Positions 10,934-21,487 of a stretch of 64,000 bases of DNA are shown piece after piece; position 1 is the first letter of the stretch, and each line of letters starts with the position of its first letter. The stretch comes from Gammaproteobacteria bacterium. GTDB lineage: Bacteria; Pseudomonadota; Gammaproteobacteria; Steroidobacterales; GCA-2729495. A program made the position numbers and the translations under genes. The stretch is taken from contig JAUHYQ010000007.1 in NCBI GenBank assembly GCA_030426355.1, forward strand, positions 62,309 through 126,308, written 5' to 3'. The notes beneath the pieces were generated by a model, which saw nothing but the letters and a program-made list of their open reading frames with translations, ran no database searches and was not told the DNA's origin.

Positions 10934-11542
10934 TCAACAACTTCCGTAACTTTCTTTCTCTGTAATCGCAACATCGAGCGGCACGTCCCAGCATTGCGGG
11001 CACAACGTCGCAACTCGCTGAAAGCTATATCCCAAGCCAATCATAAGAGGGCGGCGCCAATGTCGCCGAAGTTTTTTGAACGCGAAACTGCGGTCGTAGT
11101 AGCCACCGCCCATGCCAAGTCGGTTGAGTTCGTCGTCAAACGCTACCAGTGGCGTAATTACGACATCCAACTGTGACGGCGTTCGCAGTTGGATAGTTTT
11201 ATAGACCGGTTCTGCGATACCAAAACGGTTGGTGTGAAGGGGGGTGTCTGGGCGCAATGGCGCAAATAGAAGGCGATTTTTGCGCAAAATCGGGGCGTAA
11301 AGTGATTTTCCCCGCGCGATCATTTGTCCCATGAAAGCGCCACAATCTACCTCGCCGAAGGCAGCCATATAAATCGCAATTGACCTGGCGCGCCGAAAAG
11401 GTTGCATCGCGCATAAGGTTTTGCAAATAGCCAGCGAGCTTTCCGCGATGCTGTCTGCGGATTGCGCGCGACGTTTGGCGTTTATTTGTCTGCGCAGCGC
11501 TTGCGTATCCGCGTTCATAAAATGAAGAGACTCCTTCCGCAT
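10934..11542 (-). CDS. ygfA: 5-formyltetrahydrofolate cyclo-ligase
   Basis: 202 aa. The GMGGGYYDR motif and its position downstream of zapA/ssrS match other gammaproteobacteria. Confidence 0.85.
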   Translation of the reverse strand: MRKESLHFMNADTQALRRQINAKRRAQSADSIAESSLAICKTLCAMQPFRRARSIAIYMAAFGEVDCGAFMGQMIARGKSLYAPILRKNRLLFAPLRPDTPLHTNRFGIAEPVYKTIQLRTPSQLDVVITPLVAFDDELNRLGMGGGYYDRSFAFKKLRRHWRRPLMIGLGYSFQRVATLCPQCWDVPLDVAITEKESYGSC

Positions 11543-11559
11543 GTGCCGTCACGAATCAT

Positions 11560-11740
11560 CGCTCTCGAACCAGAGCGAAAGGTGGGGTCAACCGCGATAA
11601 CCCAGGCTTTCCGCTTGCGCGGTAATGCACACAGTTATCTACAGGCGACGACCCCAATCTGAAATTTAGGGTCGAGGGACTTCCAGATTCGCATCGAACA
11701 CCGCAGAAGGAGCCAAATTGAAACCGAGGCCGGGCTGTGG
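11560..11740 (-). ncRNA. ssrS: probable 6S RNA (approximate ends)
   Basis: A 212-nt non-coding gap sits between the zapA stop (11755) and the ygfA start (11542), which is the conserved ssrS locus. The sequence can form a long irregular hairpin with an apical CCGC-GCAA-GCGG. The ends are not determined. Confidence 0.5.
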
Positions 11741-11754
11741 CAACCGCCCGCGTA

Positions 11755-12069
11755 CTATATTTCCAGTTGCCGGCCGAACTGCAGGGCCGACTCAACCCGT
11801 TCCCGCATGGCCTGTATCCGCACTGCGGCATCGCTTTCCAGCGATTCCTCGACATCCCGCAGTTGCATTAATTCGTTTGCCAGGTTCAGTGCCGCCATGA
11901 TGGCGATTCTGTCGAGACCCGAGACTTTTCCGCTGTCGCGAATCTCCAGCATCTTGGAATTTAACAGCTCTGCCGAGTCGAGCAGGTCAGCCCGCTCACT
12001 GGCCTTACACGCGACCTGATACTCCTTGTCGAGTATTTTGACGTTAACGTGCGCATACATTTGCGTCAT
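11755..12069 (-). CDS. zapA: cell-division protein ZapA
   Basis: 104 aa. VKILDKEYQVAC and RIAIMAALNLANEL are typical ZapA segments. Confidence 0.9.
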   Translation of the reverse strand: MTQMYAHVNVKILDKEYQVACKASERADLLDSAELLNSKMLEIRDSGKVSGLDRIAIMAALNLANELMQLRDVEESLESDAAVRIQAMRERVESALQFGRQLEI

Positions 12070-12305
12070 GTGCCTTGCTCCATGGCTTTGAGGCGATTAA
12101 TCATGGCTTCCACTCGCGCCCGAACCTGTTCGTTTTTTTGCAGCAACGTGGCACGGTCGGCAATCAGAGAATCCTGCCGCTCTTTAAGTGAACGGTTCTC
12201 ATCCTTCAGTTGACTGCAAATAACGACCAGTTCATCGAGTCGTTTTTCGAGTCGCGCGAGTTCTTTTACAAAGTTGTTATCGGCTGATTCAGACATGGGA
12301 GCCAA
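12066..12305 (-). CDS. small coiled-coil protein (TIGR02449/ZapB-like) upstream of zapA
   Basis: 79 aa with heptad-rich sequence. It has a 4-nt overlap with zapA. Confidence 0.6.
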   Translation of the reverse strand: MAPMSESADNNFVKELARLEKRLDELVVICSQLKDENRSLKERQDSLIADRATLLQKNEQVRARVEAMINRLKAMEQGT

Positions 12306-12410
12306 TATAGTGTCTGCATTGCTTCACGGTCAATACGCGGATTACATTGCCGGTGTTAGGATAGGCGACCCTCAAATGCCCGAAACAGGGCGATTTCCGA
12401 GAAATCGAAC

Positions 12411-12995
12411 GTGACAACAGAGGACAAAGCGGATTTTGGAACCGTCCGGCGGATGTTGGACAAGCTGAACGCCAGTTGGGAGCCTGCAGAAGCGCATGGG
12501 GCGTTTTGTGGCCGTGCCTGCCTTTCCGGTGCTGCTGCTCTGCAAGACTGGCTGCATGATGTCAGCGCTGGTGTATACCGAGACAACGACGATGTTGTCC
12601 TGCAGGAGTCTGTAAAAGGGCTGCAGACCTTCGCTGCAGAGACGCTGCTGAAACTGGAGGCGGGGCAACTGGCTTTTCAGTTATTGCTGCCGGATGACGA
12701 TACCGCTTTGGACGTCAGAGCGGCCGCGCTGGCCGATTGGTGTCATGGTTTCATGCACGGTTTGTCGAGTGCGGGCGGAGCCGATCAGGGCCCCTTTGCC
12801 GATGCGCTGGAGTCAGGCGATGTGGGCGAGATTATCGAAGATTTTGGTCAGATCACGCGGGCAGGTGCGGATGCGGATCAAGGCAACGAGGCCGAGCAGT
12901 CGTATGCCGAACTAGAGGAGTACGTGCGGGTTTCGGTGCAGCTTGTATATGAAGAGACTGCCGGGCTGCGTCAGCGCGGAACCGGGACGCCATGA
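12411..12995 (+). CDS. ygfB: UPF0149 family protein YgfB
   Basis: 194 aa with a GTG start. Acidic C-terminus, sited immediately upstream of pepP as in Pseudomonas and E. coli. Confidence 0.8.
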   Translation: MTTEDKADFGTVRRMLDKLNASWEPAEAHGAFCGRACLSGAAALQDWLHDVSAGVYRDNDDVVLQESVKGLQTFAAETLLKLEAGQLAFQLLLPDDDTALDVRAAALADWCHGFMHGLSSAGGADQGPFADALESGDVGEIIEDFGQITRAGADADQGNEAEQSYAELEEYVRVSVQLVYEETAGLRQRGTGTP

Positions 12996-14296
12996 ACGTC
13001 GGAGAATTTACCCGCCGCCGCCGCGCGATCATGCGCATGATGGGAAGGGGCAGTATTGCCATATTGCCGGCGGCACCGGTGCGCACGCGCAACCGCGATG
13101 TTGAATACCCTTATCGGCAGGACAGTGATTTCCACTATTTGACCGGCTTTGATGAGCCGGAAGCGGTTGCGGTGCTGGTGCCGGGCCGCGCTGCAGGGGA
13201 GTTCCTGATGTTTTGCCGTAACAGTGATCCGGAGCGGGAGCTTTGGGATGGCAGGCGCGCCACGCCGAAGGGTGCTGTGCGGGACTATGGCGCCACTGAA
13301 GCGTTTGCCATTGATGAGATCGACGAGGTGCTGCCCGGCATCGTCAGTCAGTGCGAACGTGTCTACTACACGATGGGCGCGCATCCCGAGTTTGACGCCC
13401 GTTTGCTTGGCTGGATCGCTGATTTGCGCGCAATGCGGGGTGTTGGACAACATACTCCCGATGAATTCATAGCCCTGGATCATCTGCTGCATGACTTGCG
13501 CTTATACAAGAGCCGGGCCGAAATAAGCGCCATGAAGAGAGCGGCGCGGATCACGGTGGACGCACATCGGCGGGCGATCGCCGCATGCCGCCCTGGTATG
13601 CAGGAATATGAGCTTGAGGCGGAATATCAACATGAGTTTCGCCGCAACGGGGTAGAGACCGCCTATCAGCCGATCGTGGGCGGCGGTGCCAATGGCTGCG
13701 TGTTGCATTACGTTGATAACGATGCCGAATTGCAGGATGGCGATCTGGTGCTCGCAGATGTAGGTTGTGAGTACGATTGTTATGCGTCCGATGTGACACG
13801 AACCTGGCCGGTCAACGGACGTTTTTCACCGGCACAACGGGCACTTTATGACATTGTGCTGGAGGCGCATGATGCTGCTATCAAGCAAGTTCGTCCGGGT
13901 AAACACTGGAATGAGCCACATGACGCAGCAGTCAAGGTGATTACACGTGGTCTGGTGCGCCTTGGTCTGCTGAAAGGCGATGTCGGCAAGCTGATCGCCG
14001 AGGGCAAGTACCGACGCTTTTTTATGCACCGCACTGGCCACTGGCTGGGCATGGACGTGCATGATGTCGGCGATTACAAGGTATCGGATCACTGGCGGTT
14101 GCTGGAGCCGGGCATGGTACTGACGGTGGAGCCGGGTCTCTACATACCCAATGCGCGGAACATTCCGGCCAAATGGCGCAATACCGGCATACGCATTGAG
14201 GACGATGTACTGGTGACGCGCGATGGCAATGAGGTGCTGACTGGTGCGTTGCCGACGCACCCCGATGAACTCGAGCAATTGATCGGCAGTCGCTGA
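12992..14296 (+). CDS. pepP: Xaa-Pro aminopeptidase
   Basis: 434 aa. M24B motifs DVGCEYDCYASDVTRT, HRTGHWLGMDVHD and VEPG, IRIED. Confidence 0.92.
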   Translation: MNVGEFTRRRRAIMRMMGRGSIAILPAAPVRTRNRDVEYPYRQDSDFHYLTGFDEPEAVAVLVPGRAAGEFLMFCRNSDPERELWDGRRATPKGAVRDYGATEAFAIDEIDEVLPGIVSQCERVYYTMGAHPEFDARLLGWIADLRAMRGVGQHTPDEFIALDHLLHDLRLYKSRAEISAMKRAARITVDAHRRAIAACRPGMQEYELEAEYQHEFRRNGVETAYQPIVGGGANGCVLHYVDNDAELQDGDLVLADVGCEYDCYASDVTRTWPVNGRFSPAQRALYDIVLEAHDAAIKQVRPGKHWNEPHDAAVKVITRGLVRLGLLKGDVGKLIAEGKYRRFFMHRTGHWLGMDVHDVGDYKVSDHWRLLEPGMVLTVEPGLYIPNARNIPAKWRNTGIRIEDDVLVTRDGNEVLTGALPTHPDELEQLIGSR

Positions 14297-14349
14297 TCTG
14301 TGTGCTGTAAACCGATTACCCTATAGCGACCCACCGCGAATCAAAGCAC

Positions 14350-15597
14350 ATGATAAACAGTGTCCAAACTTCGTCCGACTACGATGCAGTGATTGCCGGC
14401 GGCGGGCTGGTGGGCGGCAGTCTGGCTCTGGCCTTGTCGGGCAGCGGCTTGCGGGTGGCTTTGGTCGAGGCGGTGCCGCCCGACAGTGATGCGCAACCCA
14501 GTTTTGACGATCGCACCATTGCCTTGTCGCATGGCAGTTGTGCGGTGCTGCGGCAACTGGGTTTGTGGCCGGCTATTGTCGACAGTGTTTTCCCTATCCG
14601 CAGAATTCACGTTTCCGAGCAGGGCCGTTTTGGTACGGCTCTGATTGATGCTGAAGAGCAGGGCATTGCCGAGCTGGGGTATGTCATCCGCGGCCGGGAT
14701 CTGGGCCGAGCCTTGTGGGCCCGCGTTGATGAACTGGCAGATATCGAAGTTTATTGTCCGGGCCAGGTGTCAGCGACAACGCTTGTCGATGACCAACCCG
14801 GCGTGCGTATCGCGGCGGTAGCTGACCAATCGCTGCGCACCCGGTTGCTGGTTGTGGCCGACGGCGCACGTTCGGCACTGCGTGCGGCGTTGGGCGTCGG
14901 CTCCAGTGAGCATGCGTACGGTCAGACGGCGGTCGTGGCCAATGTGCAGGTTGACCCGCGTCGTGCCGGGCATACCGCTTATGAACGATTCACGCCTAAA
15001 GGGCCCCTGGCGCTGCTGCCCGGGCAGGACGGCTGTTACACAGTGGTGTTGGCGCGCGCTGACGACGAGGCGCAAACGTGCCTGCAAATGAGTGATGCCG
15101 AATTTTTGCGGTTGGTGCAACGGAGCATCGGCTTCCGACTCGGCCGATTGAAAAAACTCGGCCGGCGTGTCGCGTATCCGTTATCGCTCGTGCAAACGGA
15201 AGCACTGACGGCTGCGCGCGCTGTCGTGATTGGTAATGCTGCGCACGGTTTGCACCCGGTTGCGGGTCAGGGATTTAATCTGGGCCTGCGCGATGCAGCA
15301 AGCCTGGCGGAGGTGCTCGTCGCCGGTCAACGTTCAGAACACCACAGTTTTGATCCCGGGGCCGATGCGGTGTTGCAGGCCTATGCCGAATGGAGGCGTG
15401 AAGATCAACGCAACGTGGTAGCGTTTACGGACGGTCTGATCCGATTATTCGGGCGTTCCGGACAGACGGTAGGAGTGGCCCGCGGTCTTGGCATGGCTCT
15501 GTTTGATACGTTACCGGTGGCAAAGCGGGCTCTGGCACGTCGCACCATGGGTTTGTCCGGGCGTATGACCCGTCTGGCGCGGGGGCTGGACTTGTGA
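14350..15597 (+). CDS. ubiH: 2-octaprenyl-6-methoxyphenol hydroxylase
   Basis: 415 aa. FAD fingerprints DAVIAGGGLVGGSLA and GNAAHGLHPVAGQGFNLGLRD, in pepP-ubiH synteny. Confidence 0.85.
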   Translation: MINSVQTSSDYDAVIAGGGLVGGSLALALSGSGLRVALVEAVPPDSDAQPSFDDRTIALSHGSCAVLRQLGLWPAIVDSVFPIRRIHVSEQGRFGTALIDAEEQGIAELGYVIRGRDLGRALWARVDELADIEVYCPGQVSATTLVDDQPGVRIAAVADQSLRTRLLVVADGARSALRAALGVGSSEHAYGQTAVVANVQVDPRRAGHTAYERFTPKGPLALLPGQDGCYTVVLARADDEAQTCLQMSDAEFLRLVQRSIGFRLGRLKKLGRRVAYPLSLVQTEALTAARAVVIGNAAHGLHPVAGQGFNLGLRDAASLAEVLVAGQRSEHHSFDPGADAVLQAYAEWRREDQRNVVAFTDGLIRLFGRSGQTVGVARGLGMALFDTLPVAKRALARRTMGLSGRMTRLARGLDL

Positions 15598-16817
15598 GCG
15601 TATCGAAATCTGCCGTGCACCTCGATGTGCTGATTGTCGGCGGCGGCATGGCCGGACTGCTGCTCGCGCGGTTGCTGGACAGGCCGGGCTTCGCCGGTCG
15701 CCAGACACCGTTGTCCATAGGCGTGGTTGAATCGCAACCGCCGGCGCCGCGCGCGGACGCTGCGCCGCTGGATTTGCGGGTGTCAGCATTGTCGCCTGCA
15801 TCGCTCGAGCTGCTGGCCGAGGCCGGGTGTTTGTCGCAGCTCACCGCAGCGGTTTGTCATCCATACGAACGCATGCATGTCTGGCAGGATGGCGCACCGG
15901 ATGGTTCGCACGCGCTAACCTTCGATGCCGCCGAATCGGGTGTTGCATCGCTCGGCAGTATTGTCGAGAACCATGCGGTGCGGGCAGCATTGTGGGCACA
16001 ACTCAGTCGGTCGGCGAACATACAGTTGATTACCCAGACCGTGAAGGCGATTCGCGAAACTCCGGAAGTCTGCGAAGTGCAATGCGAGGCGGTTGAATTG
16101 CGCGCACGATTACTGGTGGGTGCTGACGGCGCGCATTCGATGGTGCGTGCGCAACTGGGCATTCTGAGCCGGGAACGGGCTTATCACCAGAATGCGCTGG
16201 TTGCCCATCTCGCCAGTGAACGGGCGCATGCCAATGCGGCCTGGCAGAAATTTTTGCCGGACGGGCCTGTCGCACTTTTGCCGCTCGCGGACGGTCGCAG
16301 TTCCTTGGTGTGGTCGCACCCGGAAAGCAGTACTGCGGAATTGCTGGCATTGTCCGATGAGCATTTCGCCGGCCGGCTGGAAAAACAGCTCGACAATGTG
16401 CTCGGAAAACTTCAGTGCACCACACCGCGGGTCGCCTTTCCGCTGGTCCGCAATCATGCTGACGTTTATACCGGTCATCGTTTTGCGCTGATCGGTGACG
16501 CCGCGCATCGAGTGCACCCGCTTGCAGGGCAGGGCGCGAATCTCGGTTTTCGGGACGTGGCAGTGCTGGCGGAAGAACTGGGGTGCCATTTGGGGTCACT
16601 TTGGGCGGATCCCGGCGACCCGCTGGTATTAAGGCGGTATGAGCGTCGACGCAAGGGCGACAACGCCCTGGTGCTGGGCGCCATGGACGGACTCAATGCA
16701 CTGTTTACTTCCCCGTTGGCAAACCTCGCCGGTGCGGGCCTCGGTTGGGTAAATCGGGTGCGGCCGCTGAAAGCTCTTTTTGCGGAGCGGGCGATGAGTT
16801 CAGTGGGCCGGGGCTAG
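15594..16817 (+). CDS. ubiI: UbiH/UbiF/VisC-family FAD monooxygenase (UbiI-like)
   Basis: 407 aa. Motifs DVLIVGGGMAG and GDAAHRVHPLAGQGANLGFRD. It has a 4-nt overlap with ubiH. Confidence 0.8.
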   Translation: MSVSKSAVHLDVLIVGGGMAGLLLARLLDRPGFAGRQTPLSIGVVESQPPAPRADAAPLDLRVSALSPASLELLAEAGCLSQLTAAVCHPYERMHVWQDGAPDGSHALTFDAAESGVASLGSIVENHAVRAALWAQLSRSANIQLITQTVKAIRETPEVCEVQCEAVELRARLLVGADGAHSMVRAQLGILSRERAYHQNALVAHLASERAHANAAWQKFLPDGPVALLPLADGRSSLVWSHPESSTAELLALSDEHFAGRLEKQLDNVLGKLQCTTPRVAFPLVRNHADVYTGHRFALIGDAAHRVHPLAGQGANLGFRDVAVLAEELGCHLGSLWADPGDPLVLRRYERRRKGDNALVLGAMDGLNALFTSPLANLAGAGLGWVNRVRPLKALFAERAMSSVGRG

Positions 16818-16862
16818 TCTGCTGCGGGTTCAGCAGGTATTATTCCTGCTCGATTTTCCAGA

Positions 16863-17038
16863 CCCGCGTGAGAGTGCCGTGATTCACTGGCGGCCGCCGA
16901 AGGCGCAACTCGCTCGGAAACGCTCAGGCATAAAGGATTGCGGGTTTGAATCGACTCTGGAGAGCGGCCGCTCGGCGGTCCACCGAAGGGGTGCGGTTGG
17001 CGCATTGCCAACCCGATCTCTCAGGTACACGGACAGAG
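16863..17038 (+). promoter_or_regulatory. tandem glycine riboswitch (two aptamers)
   Basis: Aptamer 1 (16863-16944): CCCGC..GAGAG..CGCCGAAGGCGCAA..CUCAGGCAUAAAGGA..GCGGG. Aptamer 2 (16955-17038): CUCUGGAGAG..CACCGAAGGGG..CUCAGGUACACGGACAGAG. It lies directly 5' of gcvT. Confidence 0.85.
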
Positions 17039-17073
17039 GGGCGGCAGGATTTATCCTGCCGCCCTTTTTATTT
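17039..17073 (+). terminator. intrinsic terminator forming the riboswitch expression platform
   Basis: Stem GGGCGGCAGGA-TTTA-TCCTGCCGCCC followed by TTTTTATTT. It abuts P1 of aptamer 2. Confidence 0.6.
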
Positions 17074-17121
17074 GTTCCCGGGTTATAAAGCCGGGAATTT
17101 TTTAGCTCCGGGTTTTCGTTG

Positions 17122-18216
17122 ATGAAACAAACCGCATTGTACGAACGGCACAAGGCCGCGGGTGCCAGAATCGTCGATTTTGGCGGCTGGGCTATGCCGT
17201 TGCACTACGGTTCGCAAATTGACGAGCATCATGCCGTGCGTCAGTCAGCAGGTATGTTTGACGTGTCGCACATGACGGTTGTGGATATCAGCGGGGCGGA
17301 TGCGGGACCTTGGTTACGCTATTTGCTGGCGAACAACATTGATCGCCTGCCTGCCGTCGGCAAGGGTTTATACAGTTGCATGCTGAATGAAACCGGCGGC
17401 GTGGTCGATGACCTGATCGTCTACAATCGCGGCCCCGCTGAATATCGTATGGTGGTAAACGCCGCAACGCGCGAAGCCGATCTTGACTGGATGCACAGCA
17501 CCGCTGACGGTTTTGACGTGACCATTCGGGAGCGCGCTGAACTGGCGATGCTGGCGGTGCAGGGTCCGGCTGCGCGTGAGCTGACTGCCCCGTTGTTGCC
17601 CGCGCATGCCGGGGCCGATGCGCTGCATCTGGGCAGTTTCGAATCGTTTGAACCCGATGCACCCGGTGAGTACTTTATTGCGCGAACCGGTTACACCGGT
17701 GAGGACGGCTGGGAGATTGTCCTGACCGCCACCGCTGCGCTGACTTTATGGGATGAGTTGCGGGCTGCGGGTGTGCAGCCCTGCGGTCTGGGTGCGCGCG
17801 ACACATTGCGCCTGGAAGCCGGGCTGAATTTATACGGTCAGGACATGACCACGCAGACCACTCCGCTGGAAAGCAATCTCGCGTGGACGGTGGCATGGGA
17901 GCCGGAGGAACGCGATTTTATGGGTCGCCGCGCTTTGGAAGCGCAGCGCGCAGCCGGCCCGAGCCACAAGCTGGTGGGTTTGTTGCTTGAAGGTCGAGGC
18001 ATCATGCGGGCAGGACAGGTGGTTCAGACATCTGCCGGTCCGGGCGAAATTACCAGCGGCGGGTTTTCACCCAGCATGGAACAGTCCATCGCTTTCGCGC
18101 GCGTGCCGACGAAAAGTGATGAACATTGCGAAGTCGAAATACGTAAAAATGTTGTGCCGGCCAGAATTGTCAAACCGCCCTTTGTCAAAAACGGACGCGT
18201 TCTGATTAACGGTTAG
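17122..18216 (+). CDS. gcvT: glycine cleavage system aminomethyltransferase T
   Basis: Begins MKQTALYERH..FGGWAMPLHYGS. The ATG at 17122 is preferred over the TTG at 17119. Confidence 0.95.
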   Translation: MKQTALYERHKAAGARIVDFGGWAMPLHYGSQIDEHHAVRQSAGMFDVSHMTVVDISGADAGPWLRYLLANNIDRLPAVGKGLYSCMLNETGGVVDDLIVYNRGPAEYRMVVNAATREADLDWMHSTADGFDVTIRERAELAMLAVQGPAARELTAPLLPAHAGADALHLGSFESFEPDAPGEYFIARTGYTGEDGWEIVLTATAALTLWDELRAAGVQPCGLGARDTLRLEAGLNLYGQDMTTQTTPLESNLAWTVAWEPEERDFMGRRALEAQRAAGPSHKLVGLLLEGRGIMRAGQVVQTSAGPGEITSGGFSPSMEQSIAFARVPTKSDEHCEVEIRKNVVPARIVKPPFVKNGRVLING

Positions 18217-18282
18217 CACGGACGAGTGTTCACGATAACAACAGTCGCGTAAAACGCGTCGTAACAATGCGGAGATAGTCAG

Positions 18283-18678
18283 ATGAGTGAAGTGCCCGAT
18301 CAGTTGCTGTTCACGGAAGATCATGAATGGTTGCGACTCGAGGATGATGGCGACGTTACCGTAGGCATCACCGATCATGCTCAGGCGGCGCTGGGCGAAC
18401 TGGTGTTTGTAGAGGTGCCGGAGACCGGCGCGGAATTCGCGGAAGGTGACGCTTGTGCCGTGGTGGAATCAGTAAAAGCGGCCAGTGACGTTTACTGCCC
18501 CTTGAGTGGCGAAGTTACGGAGGTCAACGAAGCGCTCGCCGATGAGCCGGAACTGGTTAACAGCAGCCCTTATGAGGATGGCTGGATATTTCGTCTGCGT
18601 CCGACAGACGCCACCGTTCTTGATGAAATGATGGACGCCGAAGCTTACGAGCGCTATCTGGCTGAACTGGAAGACTGA
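18283..18678 (+). CDS. gcvH: glycine cleavage system H protein
   Basis: 131 aa. Lipoyl-lysine motif VESVKAASD. Confidence 0.95.
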   Translation: MSEVPDQLLFTEDHEWLRLEDDGDVTVGITDHAQAALGELVFVEVPETGAEFAEGDACAVVESVKAASDVYCPLSGEVTEVNEALADEPELVNSSPYEDGWIFRLRPTDATVLDEMMDAEAYERYLAELED

Positions 18679-18680
18679 GC

Positions 18681-20039
18681 GTGCCCTTTATTCCCCATAC
18701 CGATGACGATGTAACCGCAATGCTCGCCGCGATTGGCGTGACATCGCTGGATAAATTGTTTGAAGAGATACCCGCAGAGCTGCGTATAGCCGGCCTGGAT
18801 GCGGTGGGTCCGGCGCTCAGTGAGGCGGAAATATCGCGGCTGATGCAGCGCCGTGCCCGCGCTGACGGTGAACCGCTTTGTTTTATTGGTGCGGGCGCTT
18901 ATGACCATTATGTGCCGGCCGCGGTCTGGGATATTGCCACCCGCGGCGAGTTTTACAGTGCCTACACGCCGTATCAGGCCGAGGCCAGTCAGGGCACGCT
19001 GCAGGTTATCTACGAGTTTCAGACGATGCTGGCCAGCCTGACCGGCCTCGATGTGTCGAACGCATCGTTGTACGACGGCGCAACTGCATTTGCAGAAGCC
19101 TGCCTGATGGCAGTGCGCGCCAACCGCCGCAACAAGTCGCGCAAGATTCTTGTTGCCCGAAGCCTGAGCCCCGTTTATCGCGAAGTCGCCGCGGGCATGC
19201 TGAAGGGGCAGGGGATCACCCTTGTCGAGCTGCCTTTGCAAGACGGTTGTTGTGATCTTGCCGCTTTGCAGAGTCTCGGCGGCGACTATGCCGCCGTTGC
19301 CGTTCAGCAGCCCAGCTTTTTGGGCACCCTGGAGCAGGTAGACCACATTACTGACTGGGCACATGCCAATAACGCGTTGATGATCGGCGTGGTCAACCCG
19401 ACTTCGCTGGCGCTATTGAAGCCCCCCGGGCAGTGGGGCAGCAACGGCGCTGATATTGCCTGTGGCGAAGGCCAGCCGCTGGGTGTGCCGCTATCGGCCG
19501 GTGGCCCTTATATAGGGTTCATGGTGTGTGCCGCCGCGGTTGTCCGTCAGATGCCAGGGCGTATTGTCGGGCGCACGGTCGATATTGATGGCAAGCCCGG
19601 GTTTACCCTGACTCTGCAGGCTCGCGAGCAACACATCCGGCGCTCGCGCGCCACGTCTAATATATGCACCAATCAGGGGCTGGTTGCGACCGCGGCCACA
19701 ATTTACATGGCGTTGATGGGTGCTACCGGGTTGCGCGAGGTCGCGCGGTCCTGCAATGCCAATACCGGCAGTCTGGTGGCGGCTTTGACGGCATTGCCCG
19801 GGGTCGCGCCCGCATTTGGTCAGCCGTACTTTCATGAGGCCGCGTTGCGTCTGGATCGTCCGGTCGGACCGGTTCTGGATGCCCTGTCAAAGCAGGGTGT
19901 GCTGGGCGGTTTTGATTTGAGCCGGGATTATCCCGAGCTGGGCCACACGCTGTTGGTTTGCGCCACCGAAACGCGGGGCACCGAAGACATCAAGGCATAT
20001 GCGTCGGTTATGAGCGACGTGTTCGGGGTGGCCGCATGA
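18681..20039 (+). CDS. gcvPA: glycine dehydrogenase (decarboxylating) subunit 1
   Basis: 452 aa with a GTG start. It matches the N-terminal half of the P-protein ([14 protein letters not shown]). Confidence 0.93.
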   Translation: MPFIPHTDDDVTAMLAAIGVTSLDKLFEEIPAELRIAGLDAVGPALSEAEISRLMQRRARADGEPLCFIGAGAYDHYVPAAVWDIATRGEFYSAYTPYQAEASQGTLQVIYEFQTMLASLTGLDVSNASLYDGATAFAEACLMAVRANRRNKSRKILVARSLSPVYREVAAGMLKGQGITLVELPLQDGCCDLAALQSLGGDYAAVAVQQPSFLGTLEQVDHITDWAHANNALMIGVVNPTSLALLKPPGQWGSNGADIACGEGQPLGVPLSAGGPYIGFMVCAAAVVRQMPGRIVGRTVDIDGKPGFTLTLQAREQHIRRSRATSNICTNQGLVATAATIYMALMGATGLREVARSCNANTGSLVAALTALPGVAPAFGQPYFHEAALRLDRPVGPVLDALSKQGVLGGFDLSRDYPELGHTLLVCATETRGTEDIKAYASVMSDVFGVAA

Positions 20040-21487
20040 CCGAACAACTGATATTCGAGTATCGCTCTGCGGGTCGTAAAGGTTTTGCGCCGATCGCGGC
20101 CGGTGAGCCGAATTTGCCGGCTGATTTTTTGCGGCAGGATGACCCGCTGCTGCCGACGGCTTCCGAGCTGGATGTGGTGCGTCACTATACCCGTTTGTCG
20201 CAGCTGAACTTTTCAATCGATACGCATTTTTATCCGCTGGGTTCCTGCACCATGAAGTACAACCCGCGGGTGTGTAATCGGCTGGCTATGTTGCCGCAGT
20301 TTCTGGCGCGTCATCCATTGGCGGCAGTTGAGCACGGCCAGGGTTTTATGCAGACCCTTTACGAGCTGCAGCAAATGCTGGAGGTGGCGACCGGCATGAA
20401 CGCGGTATCGCTGACCCCCATGGCCGGCGCACAAGGCGAATTCGCGGGCGTGGCGATGATACGTGCGTATCACGACGCGCGAGGCGATACCGAGAGGCGG
20501 CAGATTATTGTTCCCGACGCAGCGCACGGTACTAATCCCGCCACTGCCACAATGTGCGGATGCGATGTAGTCGAAGTGCCCACGCGCGCCGACGGCGATC
20601 TGGACATCGACAAACTCAGGGCAGTGGTCGGACCGCAAACGGCCGGCATTATGCTGACCAACCCGTCCACGCTGGGGGTGTTCGAGCGGCAGATCAAAGA
20701 AATCGCTACCCTTGTGCACGATGCCGGTGGCTTACTCTATTACGACGGTGCCAACCTCAATGCAATTCTTGGCAAGACCGCGCCCGGCGCCATGGGCTTC
20801 GACGTAGTCCACGTGAATCTGCACAAAACCTTTTCCACCCCGCACGGTGGCGGCGGCCCCGGATCGGGCGCTGTCGGCGTCGGCGCGAAGCTGCGGCCGT
20901 TTCTGCCGATCCCTTACGTGATGCATGACACCAAGGGTGGTTATTACTGGGCAACCGAAGCGACTTGTCCGCAGAGCATTGGCCGATTGTCTGCATTTAT
21001 GGGGAATGCGGGCGTGCTGTTGCGGGCCTATGTGTACATGCGCATGCTCGGCAGTAAGGGCATGCAGCGGGTATCGGATTTTTCGGTACTCAACGCCAAT
21101 TACCTGATGGTGCGACTGCAGGAGGCTGGTTTTACGCTGGCATATCCGGAGCGTCGCGCCAGTCATGAGTTTGTGGTGTCACTAAAGCAGATCACGCGCG
21201 ATACCGGCGTGACAGCGATGGATTTCGCCAAAGCGCTTCTGGATCATGGTTTCCATGCGCCGACAACGTACTTTCCGTTACTGGTGCCCGAGTGCTTGCT
21301 GATCGAGCCGACGGAGTCGGAATCGCGTCAGACGCTGGATGCGTTTGTGCACGCCATGGCTGATATACGGCAGCAGGCCTATGACGATGCTGATGCGGTG
21401 AAGCAGGCGCCGCTAAACATGCCCGTGCGGCGCCTGGATGATGTGCGCGCCGCAAAACAACCCGATTTGACATGGAAGAGAGATTAA
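20036..21487 (+). CDS. gcvPB: glycine dehydrogenase (decarboxylating) subunit 2
   Basis: The start ATG at 20036 overlaps the gcvPA stop (ATGA). The PLP lysine context is [16 protein letters not shown]. Confidence 0.93.
   Translation: MTEQLIFEYRSAGRKGFAPIAAGEPNLPADFLRQDDPLLPTASELDVVRHYTRLSQLNFSIDTHFYPLGSCTMKYNPRVCNRLAMLPQFLARHPLAAVEHGQGFMQTLYELQQMLEVATGMNAVSLTPMAGAQGEFAGVAMIRAYHDARGDTERRQIIVPDAAHGTNPATATMCGCDVVEVPTRADGDLDIDKLRAVVGPQTAGIMLTNPSTLGVFERQIKEIATLVHDAGGLLYYDGANLNAILGKTAPGAMGFDVVHVNLHKTFSTPHGGGGPGSGAVGVGAKLRPFLPIPYVMHDTKGGYYWATEATCPQSIGRLSAFMGNAGVLLRAYVYMRMLGSKGMQRVSDFSVLNANYLMVRLQEAGFTLAYPERRASHEFVVSLKQITRDTGVTAMDFAKALLDHGFHAPTTYFPLLVPECLLIEPTESESRQTLDAFVHAMADIRQQAYDDADAVKQAPLNMPVRRLDDVRAAKQPDLTWKRD

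Noticed and set aside
16818-16840. Hairpin CTGCTG-cgggtt-CAGCAG after ubiI as a terminator
   Set aside because: It has only a 6-bp stem and no U-tract. It might be weakly functional, but this is not supportable from sequence alone.
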